Origin: Ginkgo biloba
Lineage: Eukaryota; Plantae; Ginkgophyta
DNA length: 21,773 bases
Reading direction: 5' to 3'
NCBI GenBank assembly: GCA_024626585.2
Contig: JANKJI020000004.1
Span: 176,257,085 to 176,278,857, forward strand
The position numbers and the translations under genes are program-made. Below, piece after piece: positions 10,434 through 21,773 of the stretch; positions within the stretch are counted from its first letter, which is position 1, and each line of letters opens with the position of its first letter. The notes below the pieces were generated by a model, which was not told where the DNA came from, made no database searches, and saw nothing but the letters and a program-made list of their open reading frames with translations.

Positions 10434-11120
10434 GAAGCATACACTATCATACTTTTCTCTGTATCATGTGCACATCCATGGTAATCATAATTTTGTATAT
10501 AGAGCTTAATTTTAGACTACATAAGTGGACAATAAGCATTAATCTAGTGTTCAAGAAATTACAAAGCTGATTACCCCCTTGGTTTATTTTCAAGTCACTT
10601 TCATAACATATTTGAAGGTCATTACTTCATCCACCTACCAAGAGGGTACATTTGATATTCAATAAAGACTACATAATTTTTGAAGGTTAGAAATCCTAAT
10701 TATCCTTGTATTAAAATTTAAAATTGATTTTGGATATTAAGGTTACAAAGAAGGTACAATTTTTATTGTGGTTACTCACACATAAAAGATCACCCATGTA
10801 AGGGGGTTTTAGAGATCTTGAGGAAATGGATTGTGCATTTTACAATAAAGAGAAGACATATCTATATTTATATTGGAATGTAGAGTGGTGCAAGTCTTAG
10901 GGATTAAATATGTGAAGTCCATACAAGAGTGGTTCACCATGAAACTTTCTTGGGACCCTTTATCTTTGTTGACATTTTCTTATGTAAAGAAGCTTGGCAA
11001 ATTGTCAAAGCTAGTTTTCATTGGTCCATATAAAAAGTAAGGAATGCGACTAATCTTAACACTTGGTCAGTATTTCAATTAAGAATGCATTTCATGATCA
11101 ATCAACTAACATGTTATTAT
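10434..11120 (+). pseudogene. Heavily degraded chromovirus (Tekay-like) integrase
   Basis: Collinear motif remnants across frameshifts: EA...HP/G..LYIELN (HHCC zinc finger), KADYPLGL, FIHLPRG, RNP, FW, DHPCKGVLEILRKWIVHF (cf. HPQTDG...LEDMLRACV.DF), YVKKLGKLSKLVFIGPYK at 10981-11034 (GPY/F module), RLIL, IKNAFH/INQL (cf. HNVFHVSQL). Confidence 0.6.
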
Positions 11121-11243
11121 TACAGATAAGNNNNNNNNNNNNNNNNNNNNNNNNNNNNNNNNNNNNNNNNNNNNNNNNNNNNNNNNGAAGTGTCCTCTTT
11201 CTTTGCTAATTTGAACCATCCAATGAATGTCCACAAACAATAA

Positions 11244-11390
11244 CTAATTCTTGAGTTGCAAGGAATTTTATTCAAAAATCTAAGGATGCTTTTAGTCCAT
11301 TGCACAATGCCATTGTAAGGTAATAATTGTAGTTTAATTTCAATGAAGATGAATAACCAAGCTATTATTTAGTTTATACCCATTGGAGAA
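11244..11390 (+). pseudogene. Possible chromodomain relic at the integrase C-terminus
   Basis: LILELQGILFKNLRML followed by V*FQ*R (cf. LILEP..IL..R.R.LR...VKVQW), located where a chromodomain is expected after the GPY/F module. Confidence 0.35.
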
Positions 11391-14300
11391 AAAAGGGTGN
11401 NNNNNNNNNNNNNNNNNNNNNNNNNNNNNNNNNNNNNNNNNNNNNNNNNNNNNNNNNNNNNNNNNNNNNNNNNNNNNNNNNNNNNNNNNNNNNNNNNNNT
11501 TTATTATCCCATAGATAATTAATAAATAAATTATATTAGCCCATATCTAATAAAGTAAGAGAGTGGGGGATAATATAGTGAGAGAAAACTAGATATAGTA
11601 AAAAATCTCTAATAGATTTCCTATGGTCATATCCTCCTCAATAAGATTAGACCCTATAGAACCATATGATATCCCCCTCCTAGTTGACATGGCACATCAA
11701 TACTCTATTTAGTTTAGTACTTTATTATATGATTTCATAATTTTAGTGCATAATGGNNNNNNNNNNNNNNNNNNNNTGGTGGCATTTATGGTTTAATTCA
11801 ACAATAATTAGAAGTTCCATTTTAAGGATAAGACTCCCAACAAAGACTTTAGGCCCTGTCTTACTATATTCATATAAACTTGTCTTTGAGGTGTATTCTA
11901 TTATTACAAAAAATTAAACCTTTTCATGCATTTGACATTCTTGGGAGATCTATACCATAGATTTAAAGATTATTCATTCATAAATTATGACTCATTTATT
12001 ACATTTACATATATATTACAATTAATTTATGAATATTTCACATCATTATTGTGTATTTCATGGATTTCACTCATTCATAGTATTCCTATATCATGTGTAC
12101 ACATGTTATGTACCATCCATTTGTTATATTCCTCTAAGTCTAACGCATGGCCCTTTGACACATTATATAATTTATTAGGGTACACACATAATTATACCAC
12201 ATCCATTAGATATTATATCTTGATAAGGGGGATTGTCATATGATTTACAAAACCCTATCCATACCCTTATACCGTATCATTCAAAGATGCCCTATTATAC
12301 TAAGGAGAATTAATCACTTGGTAGTTAGATATATAAATAAAATTGGTTGATATCATAATGACTTAGGATTAAGGAATATTTCCATAATTATTAAGTACAT
12401 ACATCACTTTTTTGGGGATGTAACCATCTTGCATACCACCTATGACAATGGAGTTATCACACATCATTAATTATTTATATTTAATTAGTGATAGGAGGAC
12501 ACATAGTCTCGTGACCTTATTAGAGATCACTTTTGAGGATGGAACATTCCCTTGTGGCACCGTAAACTATTGATCATCTTTAAAGGTCATAAATATACTA
12601 TTTGATCCTATACATACACTTCATTTTAGAGTCTCTTACTAGTGAAGTGAAAAAAAAAAAAAAGTATTATATTTATTTGATAAGGATGATATTTTACCAC
12701 CTTGTCCCTTTTATGTATCATTGTTTTAAACAAACCCTTTTAGTTATTATTTCCATTTGTGGTGTTTTATCTTATATTAGTTTATCTCATACACTAACCT
12801 CTATTATTATCTATATAGAAGATATTATGTTGTCTTATTTGTGTTTCATTTNNNNNNNNNNNNNNNNNNNNNNNNNNNNNNNNNNNNNNNNNNNNNNNNN
12901 NNNNNNNNNNNNNNNNNNNNNNNNNNNNNNNNNNNNNNNNNNNNNNNNNNNNNNNNNNNNNNNNNNNNNNNNNNNNNNNNNNNNNNNNNNNNNNNNNNNN
13001 NNNNNNNNNNNNNNNNNNNNNNNNNNNNNNNNNNNNNNNNNNNNNNNNNNNNNNNNNNNNNNNNNNNNNNNNNNNNNNNNNNNNNNNNNNNNNNNNNNNN
13101 NNNNNNNNNNNNNNNNNNNNNNNNNNNNNNNNNNNNNNNNNNNNNNNNNNNNNNNNNNNNNNNNNNNNNNNNNNNNNNNNNNNNNNNNNNNNNNNNNNNN
13201 NNNNNNNNNNNNNNNNNNNNNNNNNNNNNNNNNNNNNNNNNNNNNNNNNNNNNNNNNNNNNNNNNNNNNNNNNNNNNNNNNNNNNNNNNNNNNNNNNNNN
13301 NNNNNNNNNNNNNNNNNNNNNNNNNNNNNNNNNNNNNNNNNNNNNNNNNNNNNNNNNNNNNNNNNNNNNNNNNNNNNNNNNNNNNNNNNNNNNNNNNNNN
13401 NNNNNNNNNNNNNNNNNNNNNNNNNNNNNNNNNNNNNNNNNNNNNNNNNNNNNNNNNNNNNNNNNNNNNNNNNNNNNNNNNNNNNNNNNNNNNNNNNNNN
13501 NNNNNNNNNNNNNNNNNNNNNNNNNNNNNNNNNNNNNNNNNNNNNNNNNNNNNNNNNNNNNNNNNNNNNNNNNNNNNNNNNNNNNNNNNNNNNNNNNNNN
13601 NNNNNNNNNNNNNNNNNNNNNNNNNNNNNNNNNNNNNNNNNNNNNNNNNNNNNTAGGTAAATGCAAGAGTATATTGAGTATATATGAATATAATATGTAT
13701 AATACTGATAAATCCTTAAATTGGGAAGAAAATTTATACTTAGTGAAAGATTCATAAACTAATGTTATCACTCAACCATAAGGATGCCACCTATTAAAGT
13801 CATATATAGTAGGAATTAAAGGTCTAGTATAAAAGAAGTAGTGTATTAATGAAGATTTTAAAAATATCATATAGAAATCTAAGGATAATGTTAAATAGGT
13901 TTAATTATAGTAGAAAATTCATACTAACCAAAAATGATATATAAAGAAGTTCCCTCAAAGTAGGGAAACTATATTGAACAAGCCCTTATGGCCTAACCTA
14001 TGAATTAATCTATGGAATTAATAATGTATTTTTAGTTATCTTATTAAAATGATTTATTTTGATAACCTTATAATTACTTGGGATAATATTACAATAGAAT
14101 GAACGTATTAATTTACTCTAGAAAGAGAGAAAATAATTGGTAAAATAACAAAGAATATTAGAAATGGAAACATTTTAAAAGTTAAATTAAAATGAACTTA
14201 TATAAAAAATTACCATTTGATTCTCTTGTAACTTTTTAAGTGTTATATGTATATTTTATCTAAACCATGTAAATTGAAGCACTCTAGTAATAACTTTCTA

Positions 14301-14447
14301 ACCCACCCTATGTATTCTATTATATGGTGTTATGTTTAAATTTATCACATATTATTATTTTATGTATTTTATGCATATATATTCTTATTTTTTCATATAT
14401 AATGAACCTTATTTTATACACATCAAATCATAAATAAAATCCAAATA

Positions 14448-14812
14448 TTATAGTTGGCAAAATTTACCAATACGTAACCAAATTCTCAAGATGAGGTAAA
14501 TAATTACATTTTCTTCAAACCTTATTAAGTGCAATTTATTATCCCTAAGAAAATATCTTACTTGACATCCTAGTGAAATAAGTTAGCTATAAAATATGGA
14601 AAGATAGTATTTCACTTAAATATATATGAACATNNNNNNNNNNNNNNNNNNNNNNNNNNNCTAAAATATGAATATGGGGCACACTTCACTATCTTATTCT
14701 CCTCCAACTAGAAGTTAGTATAATTCCTCTAGAAGCCAAAGAATTAATGAGATGTTTGACAAATGAGGGAAATATAATAAAAATAAACAAATGATATAAT
14801 TATAGCACTTAC
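14448..14812 (+). pseudogene. Weak Ty3/Gypsy integrase core relic
   Basis: Ordered fragments IVGK/FT, PSEI/VS (~14570), SYSPPT (~14692), ELMRCL (14741-14758) and *YNYST (14792-14809). These resemble VVD.FTK..P..IVSD..SYHPQT..YLRC..WYNTS. Confidence 0.35.
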
Positions 14813-15226
14813 ATACTCAAATAGTAAGGCTTACCTATGATTGAAGGGATGGCGGATTAAGGATATAANNNNNNNNNNNNNNNNNNNNNNNNNNNNNNNN
14901 NNNNNNNNNNNNNNNNNNNNNNNNNNNNNNNNNNNNNNNNNNNNNNNNNNNNNNNNNNNNNNNNNNNNATTTTATGTGGAGATTCAGCTAGTGCGGCTGA
15001 GAAAAAGGAGTTGTGAAGCTTTATTATGGAGTTGGGTGGCTTCTTTCAAGTTGTGCTACTGAAAGTTGTAGCTGAGTGAAGGCTTTTTTAAATCTATTTG
15101 TAGTCCTATGATATTTTTTGAAGAATTTCTCTATTTTATAAGATTTTCTTTGTTTGGCTTACTATTTGTTTCTTAAGCTAAATCTACTTAAAATGCATCT
15201 GGGAGGAGGTGGATTTTCTTAAAAAG

Positions 15227-15294
15227 ATTGTTGCAAGCTATTTAAAGGATGAAAAATATTGTTGTAGACTATTTGAAAGATGAAGAAGGTTGTT
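15227..15294 (+). repeat. 31-bp tandem repeat, about 2 copies
   Basis: ATTGTTGCAAGCTATTTAAAGGATGAAAAAT / ATTGTTGTAGACTATTTGAAAGATGAAGAAG. Confidence 0.6.
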
Positions 15295-17059
15295 TTCATA
15301 TTATGAAGCATTAAAAATGTTGGGCAACCTTAGTTGTTGATATTGCAAGTGTTGTAGCTTGAAAAACAACCCTGGGCGACCTCCTCTATTCATGTTTTGT
15401 GTTGTAGGTAAAGTTGGGATACTCCAAATGGTTTGATCCTCTGTAGTTTGGTTTAAACAAAGTCTATAAAGTGTCTTTGAATCTAGGAGACCCTCCCCAT
15501 GGCTTTGCTAAGTTGTTGTGAGCGTTCGAGGCCAAACAATGGACGTTGAAGGTTGGTGGGACACCACAACTGTTGCACAGGTAGAGAAAGCCTTTGTAGG
15601 AGGAGAAAAAGGCATGATAGGAAAAAGTGAGAACAAGAATTAATTAGTGTAAAGGAATGCATGTGAGGTGAACCAAGTGAACTGGTGGAAGTATATGAGG
15701 ACTAATGGATCAAGGTTTGGAATAGAAGTAAAATATGGGTTGCTTGTAAGTGAACTATCCCTAAAAATATAACTCAAGGTTAGGTAATGACTAACAAAGA
15801 ATTCACCCTAATCAATAATCAAACCAAACATATAAATGACAACATGTTGACTTAGATGTTATGAATAACCAATAAGTAACAAGAGACAAGGAGGAAGAGA
15901 AGGTCCAAGAACATATTAAAAATACTGAAAGTAATAATAAAAAAATAACAAAATGCATTGCAAAATGTGGAATAAAATNNNNNNNNNNNNNNNNNNNNNN
16001 NNNNNNNNNNNNNNNNNNNNNNNNNNNNNNNNNNNNNNNNNNNNNNNNNNNNNNNNNNNNNNNNNNNNNNNNNNNNNNATCTTCTCTTCTATTATTTCTT
16101 CTAAGGTTTTCCTTCCTCTTACAAAGTTTTCTTTAAGACAAAACTTCCCAGTCAATCTCTCATTCAATTTTCTAATTAAGAAAGAACACGTTGTAGGGTA
16201 ATAATTGAGGGTGCTACTACCATTCAGAATTGACTTACGGGTTTTATTTAATTAGACATTTGTCACTTACTTGATCTTTCTTGATTTTAGATTTAATTTG
16301 TCTATTATCTTCTTAATCTTTACCTTCGAATATATGGGGATCGTAAGTATTTTAGATATGCATTGTAATTCCCTCTTCAAAGCCTTTTTCTTTCTTTGGA
16401 TGTAGAATATTTTAATTTGTCTAATTGTCTGTACAACCTAATGCACACACGATATATTTTAATACTTTTATGGTGTCTTCATCGTCCTCAGAAATGGCAT
16501 TGAAATGGTAGTCGCTTCTCAACAATCATCCATAAAATATCAAACTGGGAGTTCATTAACTTATGACAATGAAGGAGGTAGGAAACCTACTCTACCAATT
16601 TGTTGAAAAGATAATAATTTATAATCTACAAAGATTATGCACTTTAAATTTTGAAATATAAAGTCTAGAATTACTTGAGCGAAAATGAAGAAAAAGTGAA
16701 ATTACTATCTCTTCTATTTTGCCACTACAAAGTTATGTATTGAAGAATTGAAACTATAATTAACTATTAAGTGCTAACAAAAAATTCTATCTATGGGTAT
16801 AGCCAATAGTTATTAGCATCAATAGGGGCCCTTCTGCAAACACTAACAACTATTGTAATGCNNNNNNNNNNNNNNNNNNNAAGCTTCATATTAAATTAAT
16901 CAAATATTTATACATCTTGTCATTATGTCAATTTAACTATCTACAACTAATTAAAATAATTAGAATCATATTATAACCGCATAATACATATATCAATAAT
17001 TATATTCATAGAATGCCTAGGAAATACACTATTTATCAATGACTTACAGTTACCAGTCA

Positions 17060-17330
17060 CCAAGTGATTGGTAAATATATTTACACTCAGTGAATAACAT
17101 GGTTTATCTTACATGCACTACAAAGAAATGAAAACTCAGAAAGGTAATGAATAATGTCATTAAGATTATTGGGATATAGGTTTGATCTTGTAGTCATACT
17201 CCTTTTTGTCAACAACCTTCAATGCCAAACTTGCCAAATTATGAAGAATGAAATAATCACTTATGAGTCTGAATAATGACAAATGGATGGTGGAGCTACT
17301 AAGGAGTATAAAGAAAGACTCTTATAACTC
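17060..17330 (+). pseudogene. Weak Ty3/Gypsy RNaseH C-terminal relic
   Basis: VIGKYIYT, then LLGYRFDLV at 17166-17192 (cf. KLLGYDF.I.Y), then KWMVELL..KD. It converges with the minus-strand linker relic. Confidence 0.35.
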
Positions 17331-17418
17331 ACAAAACCAAATTAAATGTCCTATCTTAAACTTAGGAAATAAATTTTAGTAACAATATTCAAGAATTCAT
17401 ATTCTATAGTTTCATTTA

Positions 17419-17535
17419 TAGAATTGGTGGTGTACTTAGTCTACTCTTTAACTCATTGAAATCTTCTTCATAATTATTATCCCATTTGAATTTAGTATCC
17501 TTTGTTAAGATCTTGTTCAATGGTGTAGCAATTAT
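17419..17535 (-). pseudogene. Ty3/Gypsy RT-RNaseH connection relic
   Basis: Open frame IIATPLNKILTKDTKFKWDNNYEEDFNELKSRLSTPPIL, matching the canonical IA.PL.KLL.KD.KF.W...C..AF..LK.RL.S.PIL linker. Confidence 0.88.
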
Positions 17536-17731
17536 GCNNNNNNNNNNNNNNNNNNNNNNNNNNNNNNNNNNNNNNNNNNNNNNNNNNNNNNNNNNNNNNN
17601 NNNNNNNNNNNNNNNNNNNNNNNNNNNNNNNNNNNNNTAGAAATATATGATGGACTTAAATTTTTCTCACTCCTTATCAATTTAGTTCTTAGCTTGTCTC
17701 TAAATGATCTTACACAAAAATTAAAGTGGTA

Positions 17732-17848
17732 ATGACCAAATAAAAGGGCTTAAGTATTAAACATAAACATGCTAAAATTTTCTTGCAAACAAAGGTATGT
17801 GATTAGCCTTATATTTAACCAATTAGTGATAAAAATATCTATAAATTT
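17732..17848 (-). pseudogene. Possible RT catalytic-region relic upstream of the linker
   Basis: KFIDIFITNW (17848-17819; cf. KF.EIFIDD) and SMFMFNT*ALLFGH (ending 17732; cf. KC.F.....LLGH). Correct order, but separated from the linker by a 100-N gap. Confidence 0.4.
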
Positions 17849-18625
17849 CTATAATAAGTTCATTCTTATTTTTACCATATTATCATTTCTACCATTCCTT
17901 TATAGTAGAAATAAATAATTTCAAAAGTGTGGTTAAATAACAAATGAAAAAACAAGTTGAGATTTCAACTATCATTTTTCATACCTCTCCATTATTAATA
18001 AGGATATATACCTAATTTATCCCTTTGATTTCACATATTTGATGTTTTATTTTACTATATCAACCTTTACAATAAAGGTAGGTTTTGTAATTGATGTTCT
18101 TGGAGCGGAAAATACTCATAATGGTGAAGATAAAGTGAGTTTCATTGGAGATGGTAAAGATGAAGTGGTTTGTAATAGATTTTTTAAAAGTGTATTAGTA
18201 TGGGATGGAGGTGGTCAAGGTAAAGTGATTTGGACAATATGTATTAAAGGAAAAGTGGTTTGTATTAGAGGTGATGTTCCTATTAGATGGAGTCCTAAAG
18301 GAATGACCTTTAAAAGTGAGAAAGCATGAATAAAATCTAGAGGTAAATCATACTTATACTCTTTAATTACTATGCAACACTAAATGAATGATCTTATTTA
18401 AATTTCTATCCATTGTACAATAGAATAAAATTCCTAAAACCATCTTAGTTTAGAATCTATCATAACATCATTTATTAGCACCTGTACACCACTTAAGAGC
18501 ATGAAAATAAGAGGCATTTCTCTTAAGAGCATACTAATATGATGTGTCACTATGATAACGCCAATTATCAGAACTACTAATAGGTTTCATTATTGTTTAA
18601 GAGTGTTGATATCAGGCTCAACCAA

Positions 18626-19378
18626 CCTATCCCTAACCTATGGTCACTACAACAATGATCCCATGCCTGAACCATGGATGAGAAACATCTTTGTGGGCTT
18701 TGCCATATACCTCACATCAAGATTTATGTCAAAAGTGATAAAATAGAAAGTAAATAACTTACAATAAACTTTATCTTTCCATTTCAAAATAAAATACTAT
18801 ATTTCACTTTTATTTTCACAAAAAGGAGGTAAAGGAGAATCACGAAAACACATATAATAAAATAAAATAATTCATGATTTTTGCTTTACCACATCCCCCC
18901 AATAAACNNNNNNNNNNNNNNNNNNNNNNNNNNNNNNNNNNNNNNNNNNNNNNNNNNNNNNNNNNNNNNNNNNNNNNNNNNNNNNNNNNNNNNNNNNNNN
19001 NNNNNNNGAACCAAAGGAAAAGGCTAATCTAGGACTAGATATATTGTAAGATCCCTAGTGGAGTCATAAAAAATGTACCAGTCTAAAAAATCCTATCCCT
19101 AATCCATAGTCATTATTATAATGACCTCATGCCCGAACTATAGATGAGAAACAACTTTGTGGGATCCATCATATACCTCACATCGAGATGTGTGTGAAAA
19201 TTGATAAAACATGAAGTAAATAACTTAAAATAAANNNNNNNNNNNNNNNNNNNNNNNNNNNNNNNNNNNNNNNNNNNNNNNNNNNNNNNNNNNNNNNNNN
19301 NNNNNNNTAATCATGCAAACACATGTAATAAAAGAAAATAATTCACTATTTTTATTTTACCATGTCCACCCAATAAAC
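18626..19378. repeat. Diverged ~285-bp direct duplication (18626-18907 vs 19092-19378), probably inside an LTR
   Basis: Shared blocks CCTATCCCTAA, GATGAGAAACA..TTTGTGGG, CATATACCTCACATC, AAGTAAATAACTTA and CAATAAAC, at an offset of 466-471 that includes a 100-N gap. Confidence 0.85.
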
Positions 19379-19984
19379 TATTTATTATACTATTCATAAA
19401 TAATAGTATACAAAAATATTAACCATCCCTAAGGATAACTCCCAAAGGTATAGGGAGAAACATAGAAAAAATTAAATCCTCTTGTCTTGGAAAATGTAAG
19501 GGAGGAAAAGTTATCCAAGAGAGAGTTTCTCCTTGTCTTGGGAACAAAACACTCCTTTACTCGTTAAGGAAGGTAGGCAATAATTGAAGTTACTAGTGAT
19601 TTATTCCTTAGTGTTAAAACAAGGGAAGGAGACACATTTCCTCAAATAGAGAGCCTCCTCAAGGGGGTTATATAATATAGATATGAAAGAGATTCCATGA
19701 TAAAAAAAATCCAAGAGTCATTTGTCAAGTAAAAGATAAAGTAACAACTTCATGAACTTGGCCCAGGGGTAGAAATGAGTGAAGTAACCATGCAATAACA
19801 ATAAACCATTGGAGTATGTGATATATATGGGAAGATTTATACCTTTCCTAAGATCCTTCTATATCCTAAGTCATCAAATAAGACAAAAAAAATCTAGGGT
19901 GATAATCAATGGTGATATATTTCCAACAACTTGCGTTGGACATCAATAACAGGTCTTGATGAATGTTTGAATCATGCATGATGC

Positions 19985-20606
19985 CTTATCAAGGTATGAA
20001 TTAGGATTCATGGTAAAATTAGATTTGTACATATGGAAATAATTCATTTCCATCACTTTTAGATAATGAAGGGAACTAATGTTATTTAATTTTTCTCCTC
20101 CAATTCATAAAATCCATATCTACCAATTATCAAAATAGGCTAGAGGCGATTATGAACAATTACTCCACTCTCTCATCAGAAGACTATAAATTGGATGAAA
20201 TTCATTTTTTAAGGGTTTAAAATTTTTTGAAACTTTTTCTATCTAGTATAATTTGATATACTAGAAGAGAAAGGATTTACATAACGATTTCTTTTCAATC
20301 ACCCTGGAAGTGGGAAATTTATTTTTTTCTTAATTAAAATAGAAGAAAGTTTATTATGACTCTCATTTATAGTTACTCTATGATGTTTGTCATGAATCTT
20401 GATTTTTTATCTTATTATCTTTTAATATATCAAGTTTGAATATTAAGTTAAGAGTAAACATAATTCAAGGTATCCTACTCTATGATCATTCTAATAGACT
20501 CATATGATCAATGTGTGGTATAATATTTAGGGATTCCATTCTCTAATATTCAAGTTGTCACTAAATATTTGGTTTTATATTCCTCTCATTGATGTGTTAG
20601 GAGGCC
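19985..20606 (-). pseudogene. Degenerate Ty3/Gypsy reverse transcriptase N-terminal half, same strand and order as the gag relic
   Basis: Collinear motifs on the minus strand, frameshifted: GL..MRGI*NQI (20606-20566; cf. LPPMRGIQHQIDL), HMSLLE (cf. YRMSP.E), KNKFP/PLP (~20326-20303; cf. KYRFPLPRI), GRYGFYEL (20124-20101; cf. TRYGLYEW), YLDK (19996-19985; decayed YLDD). Confidence 0.62.
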
Positions 20607-21231
20607 TAGTTCTCCTAAATTCTCAATCTTAATAGTGATCATTTTTGTCTTAGAAGCTAANNNNNNNNNNNNNNNNNNNNNNNNNNNNNNNNNNNNNNNN
20701 NNNNNNNNNNNNNNNNNNNNNNNNNNNNNNNNNNNNNNNNNNNNNNNNNNNNNNNNNNNNAAGGGATTCTAATGTTCATCTAGAATCATCTCACAATAGT
20801 AAATAATAAATAGTGTTCTTTACTAAAAAAATCTTGCATCAGATTTATATTTTAGAAACTAATTCAATTTTATAAACTAGGTTAAGAATTTAACCCTAAA
20901 ATATGATAGAATATGTAAGATATCTAAATTGTTTAGATATAATATAAATAAGAAACATACATCCACAACATAGAAAAAATATGGTAGAGTTTGTATACCA
21001 TTAATTTCTTCATTATTATTCTCAAATATGGGTATAGGTATTTATACATATAGACTTATCTAATGGATAGTATATGACTTTCCACATATCAAATAACTCT
21101 TGAAAATTTTCATCCATAGGAATGTTCCCTTAACAAATCATCCCTATTAGAATTACAATAAATACAAGGGTTTTATAACATTAATCTATAACCCTAAGTA
21201 CAATAAAGTAAACATTAAATATTATAAAAAA

Positions 21232-21720
21232 ATTGAGGCCATTTATGTATCTATCCACCATTTGAATATAACTATATAGAATTTCCAACCATATTGAGAG
21301 ATTATAAAAATACTTAGTTTATTCTTTCACACTTTGATCCCATCATTTCTTGAGATTATACAATTTTCTAAATAAAATATCTTTATAATAGTAGGACATG
21401 AACTTATCTTTAATTTATGAGACCATTTTGGCCCAAGTCTTCACCTTATCCTTCCCTTTTCTCACTCTCTCCTTTTAAATATGATCCCTCCAAATTTCAT
21501 CATGTTGTTTGAGTCTTATGGATTCTAACTTTACCCTATTATGTTCTTTAATAACTTCCCATTCAAAATAACTATCTAGATATGTAGTTCAATATAGTAA
21601 AACCTTAACCCTAAGACTCCTAGTATATTCAATTACCTCTAAATTTATTGATAGACTCATGTTCCTTCCTCACATTCCTTAAAGAATGGATTGAAGAGGA
21701 TTCTCTTGAAGATTTTTCAC
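21232..21720 (-). pseudogene. gag: Ty3/Gypsy (CRM-like chromovirus) Gag relic, Retrotrans_gag-type domain
   Basis: One reading frame with in-frame stops but no frameshift: ...LEVIEYTRSLRVKVLLY*TTYLDSYFEWEVIKEHNRVKLESIRLKQHDEIWRDHI*KERVRKGKDKVKTWAKMVS*IKDKFMSYYYKDILFRKLYNLKK*WDQSVKE*TKYFYNLSIWLEILYSYIQMVDRYINGL. This matches the CRM-type Gag pattern YFEW..RVK..LKGHA.LWW..Q.ER.RKGK.KI.TW..M..KF....LF.KLQNL.Q..SV.EYT.EFY.L...ARYINGL. Confidence 0.88.
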
Positions 21721-21773
21721 CACTTTATCTTCTACCTTAAGTTCTATATCATTCCCAATTATAGCTCTTATAT

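Larger units (their letters stand above)
19985..21773 (-). mobile_element. Fossil CRM-like Ty3/Gypsy retrotransposon internal region (gag-[PR]-RT)
   Basis: Gag and RT relics are in the expected order on one strand. There is a weak protease-end-like YYCEMILDEH near 20770-20800. A 100-N join at 20661-20760 makes continuity uncertain. Confidence 0.65.

Noticed and set aside
10035-10434. Several ORFs of ~100 aa
   Set aside because: They read through the 232-N gap.
12224-12238. PPT plus LTR start (AAGGGGGATTGTCA)
   Set aside because: No second LTR copy or linked coding relic supports it.
12602-13771. Long ORFs of 271-352 aa
   Set aside because: Almost entirely the 802-N gap (12852-13653) translated as X.
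14540-14575. Copia RT-like LG..RYF/LGI on the minus strand
   Set aside because: An isolated, frameshifted motif that conflicts with the better-ordered plus-strand integrase traces.
18039-18329. 96-aa V/G/D/K-rich ORF
   Set aside because: No ATG start or recognisable domain. It is probably the antisense shadow of a stop-interrupted P/S/T-rich frame in the minus-strand TE.
20890-21615. Scattered AACCCTAA telomere-like words
   Set aside because: Isolated copies, one inside the gag frame, and not an array.

Overview
Eukaryotic, AT-rich, strongly CpG-depleted, gene-free DNA from a very fragmented assembly: 24 N-runs, nine of them exactly 100 N (placeholder joins, so adjacency across them is unreliable). 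No intact protein-coding or RNA gene is supported, and the supplied ORFs are chance frames or read through Ns. The window is a graveyard of decayed plant Ty3/Gypsy LTR retrotransposons, found by hand translation. These are a clear CRM-like gag plus RT relic (minus, ~19985-21720), an RT/RNaseH-linker relic (minus, 17419-17848), a chromovirus RT-integrase-chromodomain relic (plus, ~9966-11390), weaker integrase and RNaseH relics, and a ~2.1 kb LTR-PBS-PPT-LTR element without clear coding capacity (2858-4989). A GC-richer repeat family with decayed G-box palindromes occurs three times, alongside tandem repeats and two perfect hairpins. The most anomalous stretch is a ~430 bp CpG-retaining island (8855-9285) carrying W-box, CAMTA and TGACG motifs. 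A large-genome seed plant (gymnosperm-like) host is my inference only. I find no supportable novel biological system. All protein motif matches were made by eye against remembered family consensus sequences, not by database search.
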